A DNA stretch of 64,000 bases from an uncultured Gemmatimonadales bacterium (GCA_963783305.1 CAWAMW010000016.1:512001-576000), one strand, 5' to 3'; positions 9,673-21,900 are shown, counted from the stretch's first letter. Notes: a model not told the origin generated them from the letters alone. Numbers and translations are program-made.

Positions 9673-10491
9673 CTAGCGGGCTCCTTCGCGGACGTCGCCG
9701 AGAACGGCGCGGGCGTAGCCGTTGGCGGGGTCCCCGCCGGCTCTTCGGATGGAGTCCACGGTGCCGAGCCCGCGGTTGTAGGCCAGGAGCGCGAGGCGGA
9801 GGTCGCCATCGTAGCGATCGATGAGCCAGCGGAGGTAGCGGAACCCCAGCCGCAGGTTCGTCTCGCGCTCGAAGATGTCGCGGTACTCGAGGGTGGGGTC
9901 CAGGTCGTAGGCGGTGGCGGGCATGAGCTGCGAGTAGCCGATCGCCCCCTTCGGGCTGATCGCACGACCGTAAAACCCGCTCTCCACCTTGATCAGCCGG
10001 AACGCCAGCGAAGGCGCGAGCCCTTCGGAGAGCGCGATGTCGTTGATGTCGGAGGCCAGGTCGGCGGAGATGTCGTACTGGCTGGAGTACTCCATGATCT
10101 CCTGAATGCGGTTCATTTCCAGCCGCACCAGCTCCAGCTCACCCTGCCTTGCCTGCAGCGCCACGCGCGAACGACCCACCTCGTTCTCGAGAGTCGCCAG
10201 TCGCGCGCCGTCCGGTCGCGCAGCCAGCTGCATTCCTACCACGAACGCGATCCCTGCGATGATGAGCGTGCGGGCGGGGTGGCGGATCCGGTCCCACACG
10301 GCGGTGACCCGTCGGAGCGCGTGACCTCGCTGCTGCGATTCCCACCGCCCCAACGGCGTGGAATCTTCCCGCCTCCGCCCCCGTTTCCCCTTCTCCTCGG
10401 GGGACAGGAGGCCTCGTGCTTCGGCCTGTCGCGCCAGCTCCCGGAGGAGCTGCGTGCGCGAAGGCCCGGTAGCCGGATCTCTTGACGTCAT
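9673..10491 (-). CDS. Membrane-anchored SLT-domain lytic transglycosylase
   Basis: TM helix, coiled coil, IKVESG (catalytic Glu), [18 protein letters not shown]. Confidence 0.85.
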   Translation of the reverse strand: MTSRDPATGPSRTQLLRELARQAEARGLLSPEEKGKRGRRREDSTPLGRWESQQRGHALRRVTAVWDRIRHPARTLIIAGIAFVVGMQLAARPDGARLATLENEVGRSRVALQARQGELELVRLEMNRIQEIMEYSSQYDISADLASDINDIALSEGLAPSLAFRLIKVESGFYGRAISPKGAIGYSQLMPATAYDLDPTLEYRDIFERETNLRLGFRYLRWLIDRYDGDLRLALLAYNRGLGTVDSIRRAGGDPANGYARAVLGDVREGAR

Positions 10492-10982
10492 TGCTCCTCC
10501 CAGGAGGTCTCCGCCGACCAGTCGCCCGACTGGCCTCCCGTCTTCTCCAGCAGCCGCACGCCTTCGATCCGCATTCGCCGATCCACCGCCTTCAGCATGT
10601 CGTAGACGGTGAGGAGCGCCACCGACACCGCGGTGAGAGCCTCCATCTCCACCCCTGTCCGCCCCGTCACCCGAGCCCGCGCCACAGCCCTCACTCCCGG
10701 GACGTCCGGATCCGGCGCCAGCTCCACATCCACGCTGGTGAGGGGCAGCGGGTGGCAGAGCGGGATCAGGTCGGAGGTCCTTTTCGCACCCTGGATGCCG
10801 GCGATCTGCGCCACCAGCAGCGGGTCCCCCTTGGGAGTACGGCCCTGCTCCAGCGCCTGGAGCGTCGCCGGCGCCATCCGGATCACGCCCTCGGCGACAG
10901 CGGTGCGACGGGAAGCGTCCTTCGCCCCCACGTCCACCATCCGGGCCCGGCCGCTCTCATCCTGGTGCGTCAGCGCGTTCAC
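10488..10982 (-). CDS. moaC: Cyclic pyranopterin monophosphate synthase MoaC
   Basis: [39 protein letters not shown] start with GGAGA RBS. Confidence 0.95.
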   Translation of the reverse strand: MNALTHQDESGRARMVDVGAKDASRRTAVAEGVIRMAPATLQALEQGRTPKGDPLLVAQIAGIQGAKRTSDLIPLCHPLPLTSVDVELAPDPDVPGVRAVARARVTGRTGVEMEALTAVSVALLTVYDMLKAVDRRMRIEGVRLLEKTGGQSGDWSAETSWEEQ

Positions 10983-11182
10983 GTTTTCATCTCCATCGCT
11001 GCAAGATAACCGCGCAACTCGGCGGCGGGGAAGCGAAAAGGGAGTGGGGAGGCAGGCTACAAGATGGCGAGTCCAGCCGTTCCGGTCCATGGGTGGGCGG
11101 GACGTGGGGAGCACGGGACGCGTCAGATCGGCGCCAGCGCGGGCCGCCGGTCCGCCCTCGGGGCAGCCGGGTCGGAGCCGGG

Positions 11183-12316
11183 TCAGACGCGTAGTGAGCC
11201 CGCGAGCTCGTTCAGAAGCGTGGCCAGCGTGAGTTGGGGATTTGCGTTGATGCGCCCCCCCTCCCGTGCCTGCTCCACCCGGTGTATGGCGGCCGGAATA
11301 TGCTCTGGACGGACGCGCCCCGAGAGCGCACGGAGCCGATCCACGCTCGCCACGTCCACCACCCGCGATTCCGCTCCCGCGGCCACGGCGGCCAGATCGC
11401 GCAGCCAGAGGTTCAGGAAGTCCAGTGTGTCGGCGAACGCCCCCCGGGCGCCCACCGGGCGCTGGTCATGGGCCGCGGTGTAGCGCGCGACGGGGTCCGG
11501 GTCCAGCGCGGCCTCCAGCCAGTTGCGCGCAGTGATCCGGAGCTTTTCAGCATGCGACGGGCCGTCCTCCGCCGGCAGGAACGCGAGCGCTCGACCGGGG
11601 GAACCGCGGCCGAGCGGGGCCACCCGGTCCGCCGTCCGCGGGTCCGCTCCGCCCCGCTCTTCGAGGAACCGGCGCACCTCTCCGTTCGTGAACGGTCGGA
11701 GCCGCACGGGCAGGAGGCGCGAGCGGAGCGTCGGGAGCAGCGCTTCCGGCTCCGCGGCCGTCAGGATGAACGTAGTCGCCGGCGGCGGCTCCTCCAGGAT
11801 CTTCAGGAATGCGTTGGCCGCCTCCTCACTGGATTCCTGGGGCACGAGCAGCTCGGCGTTCCCGACGATGAACACCTGCCGCGACCCCATGGCCGGTCGG
11901 GTCGAGCCCAGTCTCCGCAGCGTTCGGACCTGGGCGAGGTAGAGTCCCGCCATCTCGTCTGGCGGCGGCTGATAGAGCGGGTCCGACCGACGCTCCGCAA
12001 GCGCCTCGTGGCGCGCTTCCTCGAGCGCGTCGGCGAGTTTCTCCGGGCTCGATGCCCCCTTCGGTCGCGGAAGCGGAAAGAACCAGTGGATGTCCGGGTG
12101 CTGGAGGCCCAGCGCGAGCCGGCAGGAATGGCATTCGTCACACGGGTCCACGGAGCCGGGCTGCTCACAGAGGAGCAGGCGCGCGAGCCAGCGCGCCATC
12201 GTCTGGCGCCCCACGCCCGGCGGCCCGTGGATCAGGAGCGAGCCGGGGAGGGCTCCGCGCACCGCAGCGGCCGCGAGTCCGCGCCGCACGTCCTCGTGCC
12301 CGAAAACCTCGCTCAC
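11183..12316 (-). CDS. holB: DNA polymerase III delta' subunit
   Basis: [44 protein letters not shown] start overlaps envC stop. Confidence 0.9.
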   Translation of the reverse strand: MSEVFGHEDVRRGLAAAAVRGALPGSLLIHGPPGVGRQTMARWLARLLLCEQPGSVDPCDECHSCRLALGLQHPDIHWFFPLPRPKGASSPEKLADALEEARHEALAERRSDPLYQPPPDEMAGLYLAQVRTLRRLGSTRPAMGSRQVFIVGNAELLVPQESSEEAANAFLKILEEPPPATTFILTAAEPEALLPTLRSRLLPVRLRPFTNGEVRRFLEERGGADPRTADRVAPLGRGSPGRALAFLPAEDGPSHAEKLRITARNWLEAALDPDPVARYTAAHDQRPVGARGAFADTLDFLNLWLRDLAAVAAGAESRVVDVASVDRLRALSGRVRPEHIPAAIHRVEQAREGGRINANPQLTLATLLNELAGSLRV

Positions 12317-13569
12317 GGCTGCCGCCTCAGCCACGGGAGCGGGTCCACCGGGACCGGGGACTGACCTCGCACGGGGGCGTGAATCTGCAGGTACAGGTGC
12401 GGCCCCTCCTCCGGCCCCGACCCCACGGTCCCCAGCACGTACCCCGCCGGTACGTCCTGTCCTTCCTGTACCCGCGTTTCTCCGAGGTAGAGGTAGAGCG
12501 TGTAATAGCCGCCCCCGTGGCTCAGGACGACTCCAGGACCGAACCCCTCCATCGGCTCCGCCACCACGACTGTCCCCGCCCGCACCGCGCGCACCGGGGT
12601 ACCTGGCGCCGCCGCGATCCCGATGCCGTTGCGGCGCAGCGTGACACCGTTCGGTCGCCGCTCCGGACCAAAGCGGTACAGCAGCTCCCCCTCCACAGGC
12701 CAACTCAGCTGGCCCAGCGCGCTCGCGTCCAGGGTGGCCGCGCTGTTCGTCATCCCCGCGGCCGCGCGGCGCCGCTCGGCCTCCAGCCGTCGCCGTTCCA
12801 GGTCCTCGACCACCGCGTTCACCCGCCGCTCATCCTCCTCGAGCTGCGCCATACGACCTTCCGTCTCGCTGACCCGGGCGCGCACCGACTGGAGCGTACG
12901 GGCACGGGAATGCTCGAGGTAGCTCAGCTGTGCGAACTCCGACAGCTTCTCCTCTCGGAGCCTCTCGATCCGACCGAGGCTATGCTTCAGCTCCTGCTCC
13001 TGATCGGTCAGCTTCCGCTCCAGCTCCCCGATCTCGTCGAGAAGAAGTCGGTCGTGCACGCTGATGAGGTGCAGGTACTTGTACCGGTTCAGAAGGTCCC
13101 CGAAGCTGGCGGCGCTCAGCAGCACACGGGTGCTGTGCAGCGGACCCTGCTTGTAGATCGAACGGAGTCGCTGCGTAAGGACCACCGTCCTCTCCTTCAG
13201 TCGATCCCGCGTCTGCACCAGCTGCTGCGTGATGCCCTCCGCGTTCGCCGCCAGCGCAGCCGTCTGGTAGTCCAACTCCTGTAGCGCTGCCGCCGAAGCG
13301 TTCACCTGCCGCTCGATATTGCTGATCTCACCCGAGATATTGCGCGCCCGCCCGCGAAGCTGCTCCATCTCCTGCTGCAGGTCCCGCCGCTCCGCCCGGA
13401 TCTGCTCCAGCCGCGCCTGACTCGCCCGGATCTGCCCCTGCACCGTGTCCTGCTGTGCCACTACCGGCCACGGCAACGCGAGCAACGCGAGCAACGCGAG
13501 CCCTCGCGGGCGCAGGCCACCCCTCGCGGGCGCGGGCCGCCCCCCCGCGAGCCGAAGGCGAGCTCTCAT
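12313..13569 (-). CDS. envC: Murein hydrolase activator EnvC (coiled coil + degenerate M23)
   Basis: Signal peptide, long coiled coil, LSWPVEG, NGIGIAA, degenerate LytM ligands; downstream of ftsX with ATGA overlap. Confidence 0.85.
   Translation of the reverse strand: MRARLRLAGGRPAPARGGLRPRGLALLALLALPWPVVAQQDTVQGQIRASQARLEQIRAERRDLQQEMEQLRGRARNISGEISNIERQVNASAAALQELDYQTAALAANAEGITQQLVQTRDRLKERTVVLTQRLRSIYKQGPLHSTRVLLSAASFGDLLNRYKYLHLISVHDRLLLDEIGELERKLTDQEQELKHSLGRIERLREEKLSEFAQLSYLEHSRARTLQSVRARVSETEGRMAQLEEDERRVNAVVEDLERRRLEAERRRAAAGMTNSAATLDASALGQLSWPVEGELLYRFGPERRPNGVTLRRNGIGIAAAPGTPVRAVRAGTVVVAEPMEGFGPGVVLSHGGGYYTLYLYLGETRVQEGQDVPAGYVLGTVGSGPEEGPHLYLQIHAPVRGQSPVPVDPLPWLRRQP
13472..13540. 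repeat. Short tandem repeats in the envC 5' region
   Basis: GCAACGCGA x3, then near-identical 20-mers CCCTCGCGGGCGCAGGCCAC / CCCTCGCGGGCGCGGGCCGC. Confidence 0.6.
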
Positions 13570-14420
13570 ATCTCCTGGAGGTGCCGGTGGACCGCCCAGG
13601 AGCTGGCGAACGCGCCGAAGAGCGATCCCACCAGGAGCCCCAGCACGACCCACGACGTCGGAATCCACTCCAGGTGTACCACGGCGTCGGAAAGGAGTCG
13701 GAACACGACGTAGGTGGCGGGGAGCGCCATCAGAGAGCCGAGAATGCCGGTCAGCAGCCCTTCCAGCAGAAACGGCCGGCGGATGAACCAGTTCGTGGCG
13801 CCCACGAGCCGCATGATGGCGATCTCGTCACGGCGGGCAAAGATCGCGAGGCGGACGGCGGCGCCGATGATCAGAGCGGCCACGGCGGCAAAGGCGCCCC
13901 CGACGACGAGCGCCGCGGCGGCGGCCACTCGACGCAGGAGGTAGACCTTGTCGAGCCAGTCCTGGCCGTAGCGCACGTCTTCGACGAAGGGCAGCCCGGC
14001 GAGGAGGTCGGCCGTCCGGCGGACGGCATCCACATTACGCTGCCCTGGTTGGAGCGTGACTTCAATGGACGCGGGGAAGGGATTCCCGTCGAGCTCCGCG
14101 AAGATCGACTCGAACCCCGTGAGCTGCTCGCGGGCGAGTTCGTAGGCCTGGGCTCGCGAGATGTAGACCACGTCGCGCACCTGGTCGAGCTTCCGGGCCT
14201 CGTCCTGGAGGGCTTCGATCTGCTGTCCCGTGATGTCATCGTGCAGGTAGGCCACCACCGCCACGCGCGACTCGACCTGATCGAGCACGAGCCGGATGTT
14301 GTGCGCCGCCACTCCGAACAGCCCGACGACGAACAGGGAGAGACCGATCATGGCGGCCGACAGCCCCGTGAGAAGTGGAGCCCGGCGGAACGCCGCCAGC
14401 GCCTCGCGAAGAGAGTGCAT
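13566..14420 (-). CDS. ftsX: Cell-division permease FtsX
   Basis: 4 TM helices, NPFPASIEV, RRDEIAIMRLVGATNWFIRRPFLLEG. Confidence 0.95.
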   Translation of the reverse strand: MHSLREALAAFRRAPLLTGLSAAMIGLSLFVVGLFGVAAHNIRLVLDQVESRVAVVAYLHDDITGQQIEALQDEARKLDQVRDVVYISRAQAYELAREQLTGFESIFAELDGNPFPASIEVTLQPGQRNVDAVRRTADLLAGLPFVEDVRYGQDWLDKVYLLRRVAAAAALVVGGAFAAVAALIIGAAVRLAIFARRDEIAIMRLVGATNWFIRRPFLLEGLLTGILGSLMALPATYVVFRLLSDAVVHLEWIPTSWVVLGLLVGSLFGAFASSWAVHRHLQEI

Positions 14421-14423
14421 GCC

Positions 14424-15098
14424 TCAGCCCTCCGCGTGCGAGTCGTACACGAGCGCCCCGTGATCGAGCTCGAGCACCCGGGAGCTGGAGCTCTTCCGGA
14501 TCAGATCGGCGTCGTGGGTCGCCAGGAATACTGCCGTGCCAGCCGCGTTGATGCTCCGGAACAGCTCGTAGATCCCACGCGTCGCCCGCTCGTCCAGGTT
14601 CCCCGAGGGCTCGTCGGCCAGCAGCAGCATGGGGTCGTTTGCGAGCGCGCGCGCCACCGCCACCCGCTGCTGCTCGCCGCCTGAAAGCTCCGAGGGCAGG
14701 GAACGCGCCTTCGCGGCCAGCCCCACCTGCGCCAGCAGCCGTCCCACCTTCGAGCGCACCACCGGTTTGCGCGCCCCCGTCACCTCCAGCGCGAACGCGA
14801 CATTCTCGGCCGCCGTCCGATCGGGCAGGAGCCGAAAATCCTGGAAGATGTAGCCGATCTTCCTCCGCAGCATCGCGGTGTCCCGGCCGGAGAGCTGCCG
14901 CGTGTCATAGCCGCCCACCCTCACTTCGCCCGATGACGGGGGCTCCGACCCGTGTATGAGCCGGAGCGCCGTCGTCTTGCCCGCACCGCTGTGACCGGTG
15001 AGGAACACGAACTCGCCCTTCCGGATGTGGAAGGAAACATCGTTCAGCGCCGCGCCCACACGCGGGAACTCCTGCGTCACGTGCTCGAACCGGATCAC
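14424..15098 (-). CDS. ftsE: Cell-division ATP-binding protein FtsE
   Basis: GHSGAGKTT, FQDFRLL, LSGGEQQRV, LADEP; adjacent to ftsX. Confidence 0.95.
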   Translation of the reverse strand: MIRFEHVTQEFPRVGAALNDVSFHIRKGEFVFLTGHSGAGKTTALRLIHGSEPPSSGEVRVGGYDTRQLSGRDTAMLRRKIGYIFQDFRLLPDRTAAENVAFALEVTGARKPVVRSKVGRLLAQVGLAAKARSLPSELSGGEQQRVAVARALANDPMLLLADEPSGNLDERATRGIYELFRSINAAGTAVFLATHDADLIRKSSSSRVLELDHGALVYDSHAEG

Positions 15099-16018
15099 AC
15101 CGTCACCATCGGGTCGGTGGACGCGAGGCGCGCCGCCACCCGCACGGCCTCGATCATCGACGCGGCATCGGCCATCCCCCGGCCGGCGATGTCCAGTGCC
15201 GTGCCATGGTCGGGGGACGTGCGTACGAAGGGGAGACCGAGCGTCACGTTCACGCCCGACCCGAAGCTCGCCGTCTTGAACGCGGCCATTCCCACGTCGT
15301 GGTAGGGCGCGATGACTGCATCGAAATCTCCGCGGATCGCCCGCACGAAGACCGTGTCGGCGGGAAGCGGACCCTCCACGTCCAGTCCTTCCTCCCGCAG
15401 GGCCATCACCACGGGCTTCATGATCCGCGCTTCCTGGTCCCCGAACAAACCTCCGTCAGAGGCGTGGGGGTTCAGCGCGCACAGCGCCAGACGGGGCCGC
15501 TCGATCCCCCAGGCCTCCCGCAGCGCCCGCGCCGTGATCCGCGCCTGCTTCGAGAGCTTCTCCGCCGTGACCGCCCGGGGCACCTCCTCGAGGGCGATGT
15601 GCGTGGTGGCGAGCACCACCCGCAGCGGACCCCCGAGCGCCGTATGCTCCGCGGCCATGAGCATCGCCACCTCCGGCGCGCCGGTGAGCGACTGGAGCAT
15701 CTCCGTGTGCCCCGGGAAGTGATAGCCCGCGGCGCTCAGCGCCGCTTTGTCGATGGGGGCCGTCACGATGCCCGCCACCTCACCGGCCAGAGCCATTGCC
15801 GTCGCTCGCTCGATCGCAGCGCCGGCGAGGCGGCCGGCCTCCACCATGCCGCTCCCGCCCCAGTCGCCCACCACCACGTCCGTGCGCACGCCCGTGCCCG
15901 CGGGACCGACGGTAAGGAGCTCGATGTCTGAGGCGGCCACCGCCGCGGCGGTGACCTCGGGGCCGATGCCCCGCGGGTCCCCGAGCGTGACCGCCAGCCG
16001 GATGTCGGGCCTCGTCAT
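15095..16018 (-). CDS. pdxA: 4-hydroxythreonine-4-phosphate dehydrogenase
   Basis: GDPRGIGPE, GHTE, LNPHA, YHDVG, RTSPDHGTA. Confidence 0.95.
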   Translation of the reverse strand: MTRPDIRLAVTLGDPRGIGPEVTAAAVAASDIELLTVGPAGTGVRTDVVVGDWGGSGMVEAGRLAGAAIERATAMALAGEVAGIVTAPIDKAALSAAGYHFPGHTEMLQSLTGAPEVAMLMAAEHTALGGPLRVVLATTHIALEEVPRAVTAEKLSKQARITARALREAWGIERPRLALCALNPHASDGGLFGDQEARIMKPVVMALREEGLDVEGPLPADTVFVRAIRGDFDAVIAPYHDVGMAAFKTASFGSGVNVTLGLPFVRTSPDHGTALDIAGRGMADAASMIEAVRVAARLASTDPMVTV

Positions 16019-16042
16019 CAACCGCTCGCTATGATTGGAAGG

Positions 16043-17341
16043 TCAATACCGTATGTCGATGTAGGTGCTGCGCCGCAGCTCGTCCAGGACTTCCCGCATC
16101 AGCTTCTCCCGCTGCAGGAACTGCCGGATCTGCATCCGCATCTCCTCGTCCTCGATCGTATACTCGCCCGCCGCGGTCACGTCCTCTACCTTCACGACCG
16201 CGAACGACTCGTTGGCGCCGGGCACCGCGAACGGCCCCACCACCTGACCGGTCTGTGCGCCCCGGAGCTGCGTCCGGTACGGCTCGGGCAGAGAGTCCTG
16301 GAGTGCCGGTCCCACGTGCGGCGGCTCCGCCGCGTCGTGTACGGCCTCGATGAGGCTGTCCAGCGACGCACCCGCCCGCAGCCTGGAGGCGACCTCCTCC
16401 GCTCTGGCCCGCGTCTCGGCGCGATCCGCCGCGGTGATCTCCGGGCGGATCAGGATGTGGCGGACCAGCCGCTCCGGCCCCTTCACCTTCTCCACCTTGA
16501 TCAGGTGCAGACCGAAGGGCGTCTCCACGATCCCGCTCGTCTGACCCGGCCGCAGCGAGAAGGCGGCCCGGTCGAACTCGGGGACCATACGGCCGCGCCG
16601 GAACCATCCGAGATCGCCGCCCCGGTCGCGTGTGCCGGGGTCATCGCTGAAGCGGCGGGCGACCGTCTCGAAGTCCTCGCCCTCTCTCAGCGCCTCGATG
16701 GCCCTCTGCGCCTCCGCCGTGGCGGCCGCCCGGGCCGAGTCGGACGGCTCGGGCGTCACCACCACCTGCGCGAACTCGATGGTGGCCGGTCGGCGACCCA
16801 GCTCCGCGCGCCGGGCTTCGAAGAATTCCCGCACTTCGGCATCCGTTACCGGCGGCGGGCGCCGGTCCCGCTGGAGCACGGCCTCGAACTGCTGCCGGAT
16901 CCCCGCACGGCGGACGCCTTCCGTCACTGTCTCGCGGTACTGCTGGAGCGTCATGCCCTCGGTTTCCAGCGCCGCCTCGAACGCGGCGCGCCCGCCGAAG
17001 CGTCGCTCCTGTTCGCTCAGCGTCGCGGCGACCTGCGACTCGACATCGTTCGGCGCGACGGCGATCGAGTCGCGCTGCGCCGCCTGGATCATCACGAGCT
17101 CGTTCACCAGCGACTCCAGCTCCTGCCGCCGCAGCTGCGCCAGCTCTTCCGGGTCGGTGGGCACGGGCTCTCCGAACGCGCGTCTCCGCTCGATCTGCTC
17201 CTCCACCTCCGAGGCCAGGATGGCGCTGTCTCCCACGACGGCGACGACGCGGTCCACCATGTCGGGCTGAGCGTTCTGCGCGGCGCCGCCCATGGGCAGC
17301 GTCAGCGCGAGCGCGAATGCGGCTGTCAGACGTCGGATCAT
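16043..17341 (-). CDS. surA: SurA-like periplasmic chaperone / parvulin PPIase
   Basis: DRVVAVVG N-domain, [24 protein letters not shown]; upstream of pdxA. Confidence 0.8.
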   Translation of the reverse strand: MIRRLTAAFALALTLPMGGAAQNAQPDMVDRVVAVVGDSAILASEVEEQIERRRAFGEPVPTDPEELAQLRRQELESLVNELVMIQAAQRDSIAVAPNDVESQVAATLSEQERRFGGRAAFEAALETEGMTLQQYRETVTEGVRRAGIRQQFEAVLQRDRRPPPVTDAEVREFFEARRAELGRRPATIEFAQVVVTPEPSDSARAAATAEAQRAIEALREGEDFETVARRFSDDPGTRDRGGDLGWFRRGRMVPEFDRAAFSLRPGQTSGIVETPFGLHLIKVEKVKGPERLVRHILIRPEITAADRAETRARAEEVASRLRAGASLDSLIEAVHDAAEPPHVGPALQDSLPEPYRTQLRGAQTGQVVGPFAVPGANESFAVVKVEDVTAAGEYTIEDEEMRMQIRQFLQREKLMREVLDELRRSTYIDIRY

Positions 17342-17426
17342 GCTCTTCCGTTAATCCTGGGAATGCTACGGGCCGACCCGAACGGCCGGCCCGTGCTCTA
17401 ATATGCTCTCGACCCGCGCGAGTTCC

Positions 17427-18896
17427 TCATCCTGTGGTGTCGGCCGGGCTCGGGGCCGGAGTCGCGCCCTGTCCCGTGCCGGCGTTCGGCTGCGGCGCCG
17501 CGCCAGCCGGCGGCAGCGGCTGTGTCGTCGTGGGGTCGGCCCGCCGCGCCTCCAGCTCCTCCACGACCTTGGGGAAGGCGGACTCGTTCACCTGCCAGTC
17601 GAACTGGTCGCGCATGACGTACGGGAGCGCTCCCAGCGGGACCACGTTGCCGCGCCCGGCCAGGATCGCCTCCAGCAGGGAGCGGACTCGCCGCTCCACG
17701 GCCTGTGCCTCCGTCTCGCCCTCCTGGGGCGCGCCGCCGAGGCCCGCCTGCTGCGTCAGGCTCTGGAGCTCGGTCCGGATGAGGTCGCGCACCGAGTCCT
17801 GCTCCGCCTGCGGTACGCTGATCCCCCGGCTCCGGGCGTCCGCCAGCACGAGCTGGTTCGTCGCCAGGTTCTTCAGGACCTCCTCCATCTGCCCATCCTG
17901 GAGGCTCGAGTACTGGGCCTGCTGCTGGGGCGGCATGCGCCGGAGCATGGCCACGAAGTCGCGCGCCGTGACCGATCCACCGTCCCAGGAGACCAGCGCG
18001 CGCGAGGCGGCGCGGCCGCGCAGACGCTCGCCCGGGTTCTCCGCCAGCTCCTTCGCGACCTCTGTGGCCCCCGCCTCCACTTCCAGGTCCACCGGCTCAC
18101 GCAGAGCATCCACGTACTCGCCCAATGATTCCTGCCGACGCTGGTTGAGGAGACGCTCCCGGAACTGCTCTCCCTGCGCCGGGTCCCATGTGGGCGTCTC
18201 GCGCTCCTCCACCTTGATGATGTGGAGCCCGAACGGCGTCTCCACCACCTCACTTACCTCGCCCGGCGCCAGCGCGAAGGCAGCCTCCTCGAACGGCTGC
18301 ACCATCCGGCCCCGCTCGAACCAGCCCAGGTTGCCGCCGTCCCGGGCGCTCCCTGGATCCTGGCTGTGCTCCTGGGCCAGGGCGCCAAAGTCCTCGCCCG
18401 CCTCCGCTCGCGCCTGGAGCTCTTCCGCCAGCGCCCGCACCGAGTCCCGCGCCGCCTCCTCCGCGTCCTCCGGATAGGTGAGGAGGATGTGGCGTGCCCG
18501 GACCCGCTGTCCCGGGGCCTGCTCCTCGAACGCCGCCCTAAGCTCCTCGTCGGAGATCGTCGTGTCCGGGGTCATGACCTGATCGCGGAGCTTCAGGAAA
18601 GTGCTCTGCTCCACGTACGGCTCCACCATGGCGGTCAGGTCCAGCTCCGCGAGTGTGCTGTCCGCGGCCAGAAGGTTGGCCAGCATCATGTAATCGATCC
18701 ACAGGTCGGCCACCATGCCCACCACCTCCGGCTGAGGCGGGATACGCGGGTTGCCGGCCAGCATCTCGACGGTCTCGTCGACGGTCAGCTCCTGCTGCCC
18801 GACGCGCGCCACGACCCCGGTGTGGGCCGTCATTGCGTCGCACCCCACGAGCGCCAGCATCAACGTAAGGGACAGGAAGGACAGATATCGCTTCAT
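17427..18896 (-). CDS. Parvulin-type PPIase lipoprotein
   Basis: Lipobox [33 protein letters not shown]. Confidence 0.85.
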   Translation of the reverse strand: MKRYLSFLSLTLMLALVGCDAMTAHTGVVARVGQQELTVDETVEMLAGNPRIPPQPEVVGMVADLWIDYMMLANLLAADSTLAELDLTAMVEPYVEQSTFLKLRDQVMTPDTTISDEELRAAFEEQAPGQRVRARHILLTYPEDAEEAARDSVRALAEELQARAEAGEDFGALAQEHSQDPGSARDGGNLGWFERGRMVQPFEEAAFALAPGEVSEVVETPFGLHIIKVEERETPTWDPAQGEQFRERLLNQRRQESLGEYVDALREPVDLEVEAGATEVAKELAENPGERLRGRAASRALVSWDGGSVTARDFVAMLRRMPPQQQAQYSSLQDGQMEEVLKNLATNQLVLADARSRGISVPQAEQDSVRDLIRTELQSLTQQAGLGGAPQEGETEAQAVERRVRSLLEAILAGRGNVVPLGALPYVMRDQFDWQVNESAFPKVVEELEARRADPTTTQPLPPAGAAPQPNAGTGQGATPAPSPADTTG

Positions 18897-18961
18897 CGCT
18901 TCTCCTCTTGGATTCGGAACCGGTTGAATGTACCGGCACCAGTCACCGCGTACAACCCGGC

Positions 18962-21900
18962 CTAAGGGGTCTCGTCCGCGAGCAGCGTGAGGGCCTCCGC
19001 CACGGCCCCGGCGAGCGTGCCGGCGCCGAGCCGGTGCAGTACCAGGCTGAGCGGATCAGCGCGCTTTACCTCCACCTCGATCTGGCTCCCGTGCATGGCG
19101 CTCTGTAGCACCGTCATGCGCGGGACCACGTCGCCCCGGAACGTCAGTCGCGCCCGGTCCTTCCGCACATTGATCCGCTCCACTCCCAGCGCCTGTCCGA
19201 GGAGCCGGAGCCGAGCGGAATCGAGGAGTCGGACCACTTCCGCGGGCGGGCGGCCGAACCGATCCTCGATCTCGGTACGCAGCGCCACCACGTCTTCGAC
19301 GCTCTCCGCTCGCGACAGCCGGCGGTAGAGGTGGAGCTTCTGGGCCGAGTCTGCGAGGTAGTCGTCCGGGAGGTATGCCGGGCCATCCATGCCCACGTCC
19401 GGCGCGGGATAACGGTCGCGCTCTTCCTGCCCCTTCAGCCGTGCCACGGTCTTCTCGAGCAGGCGGGTGTACGTATCGATGCCCACCGCATGCACGTGCC
19501 CGGACTGGTCCGCGCCCAGGATGTTGCCCGCGCCCCGCAGCTCCAGGTCCTTCATGGCGATGGCGTAGCCGCTGCCCAGCTCCGTGTGGTGCTCCAGGAT
19601 CCGGAGCCGCTTCTCCGCCTCCACCGGGATCCCCTCCGGAGCGATCAGGTAACAGAACGCCCGGTGGTGCGACCGGCCCACGCGCCCCCGCAGCTGGTAC
19701 AGCTGGCTCAGCCCGAACATGTCCGCCCGGTCCACGATGAGCGTGTTGGCGGTGGGCACGTCCAGGCCGTTCTCGATGATGGCCGTGGTCACCAGGACGT
19801 GGAACTCACGTTCGAGAAACCGCCCCATGACGTCGTCCAGTTGCCGGGCTCCCATCTGACCGTGGGCGGTATCCACTTCCGTTTCGTCCGGGACCAGCCG
19901 CCGGATCCGATCCGCCACGGCGTTCAGCGACTCGATCCGGTTATGCACCACGAATACCTGTCCACCGCGGTCGAGCTCCCGCAGGATCGCGTCCCGCATG
20001 ATCTCGTCGATCCACGGGACCACGTGCGTGATGATCGGCATGCGGTCACGCGGCGGTGTCTGGATCAGCGACAGGTCCCGGAGCCCGGCGAGGGACAGGT
20101 GCAGCGTGCGCGGAATCGGGGTGGCGGTCATGGCCAGCACGTCCACGTTCCGCTTGATGTCCTTCAGTCGCTCCTTCTGTCTCACGCCGAACCGCTGCTC
20201 CTCGTCCACCACCATCAGTCCGAGGTCGCGGAAACCCACGTCGGGCTGCAGCAGCCGGTGCGTCCCGATCACCACGTCGACCTCCCCCGACACGAGGTCC
20301 GCGAGGATGGACTCCTGCTCCTTCGGTGTCCGGAACCGGCTCAGCGCCTCGATCCGCGCCGGATACTCGGCCAGCCGCTCCTGAAACGTGTGGAGGTGCT
20401 GCTCCACGAGAATCGTGGTGGGGGCCAGCACCGCCACCTGCCGCCCGTCCTGCACCGCCTTGAACGCCGCGCGAACCGCGATCTCCGTCTTCCCGTACCC
20501 TACGTCGCCGATGACCAGACGGTCCATGGGCCGCGGCGACTGCATGTCTGCCTTCACCGCCTCCGTGGCACGGCGCTGATCCGGCGTGTCCTCGTACAGG
20601 AATGAGCTCTCCATCTCCTTCTGCCAGCGCGAGTCCTCGGGGTAGGGCGGACGCGCCGCCATCTCCCGCGACGCGTACAGCTCGAGGAGCTCCGCTGCCA
20701 TCCGCTCGATGGCCTCCTGCGTCCTGCGCTTGATCCGCGACCAGGTCTTTCCGCCGATCTTGTGGACCGACGGCGGCTTCGCTCCTTCCCGGTCGGGCAC
20801 CCAGCGCTCGATGGCGTCCAGACGGTATACGGGGAGCCGGAGCACCTCGGCGCCGGCGTATTCGATGGCCAGCGATTCGATGGTCTGGCCGCCCACGGTC
20901 ACCTGCTCGAGCCCCTGGAACTGACCGATCCCATGGTCCATGTGGACCACGTAGTCGCCCGGCTGGAGCTGACTCAGGCTCTCGATGGCGCCACCACCGC
21001 TGAATCGCCGGCCGCGCCGGACTCGCCGCGCGCGCCGGAATATCTCGTGATCGGTGAGCACTCGGAGCGGGCGGTCGCCCTCCAGCACGAAGCCTCCCGC
21101 CAGCGCCCCGAGTGCCAGCGTCGCGCCCTCGGGGATCCCATCGGCGCCGCCCAGCAGCTCCTCGAGCCGCTCGAGCTGTCCGGTGTTGTCGCACAGGATC
21201 AGCGTGCGCTCGCCCCGCGCGGCTGCGGATCGCAGCAGTGACTCGAGTTTGGACGTGTCACGGTCCATCGCCTCGGGAGGACGCGCGTTCATCCGCAGCG
21301 TGGCCGTCTCCGTGCACACCACGCGGCCGAAGTCCCGAAGCTTGGCTAGAACCTCGGCAGGGGGCAGCATGAGGTGCTCGGGCGGCGTGGGGTCGGCGCC
21401 TCGCTGGACCTCCACGGCGTGGAGCTCGAGGAGCTTGCTCCACGCGCGCGCGTACGCCTGCTCATCGTCGCCGTGCAGCTGGATCAGCACGGCGTCGCGG
21501 GGCACCACATCCAGCAGCGACCGACGCCTCGACTCGCCGCCCCCCGCCAGCTTCAGGTCTACCGGCAGGATGTCCACCACCTCCAGAGTGTCGGTCGACC
21601 GCTGGTCGAGCACGTCGAAGCGCCGGATCGAAGTGATCTCGTCACCCCAGAATTCCAGTCGGACCGGGTCCTCGGCCCCGAAGCTGAACAGGTCCAGGAT
21701 CCCGCCGCGGGCCGCGTACTCGCCCACCTGCTCCACGAGCCCCGCCTGCTCGAAGCCCATGGACTCCACCCGCTCCACCAGGTCCGCCGGCCGGATTTCC
21801 TGCCCCACTCGCAGCGTCAGGCGGAGGTCGGCCAGCGCGTCCGGGATCCGCTCCTGCTCCTGCACCGCGCGAGGCGTGGTCACCAGCACGCGCGCGCGGC

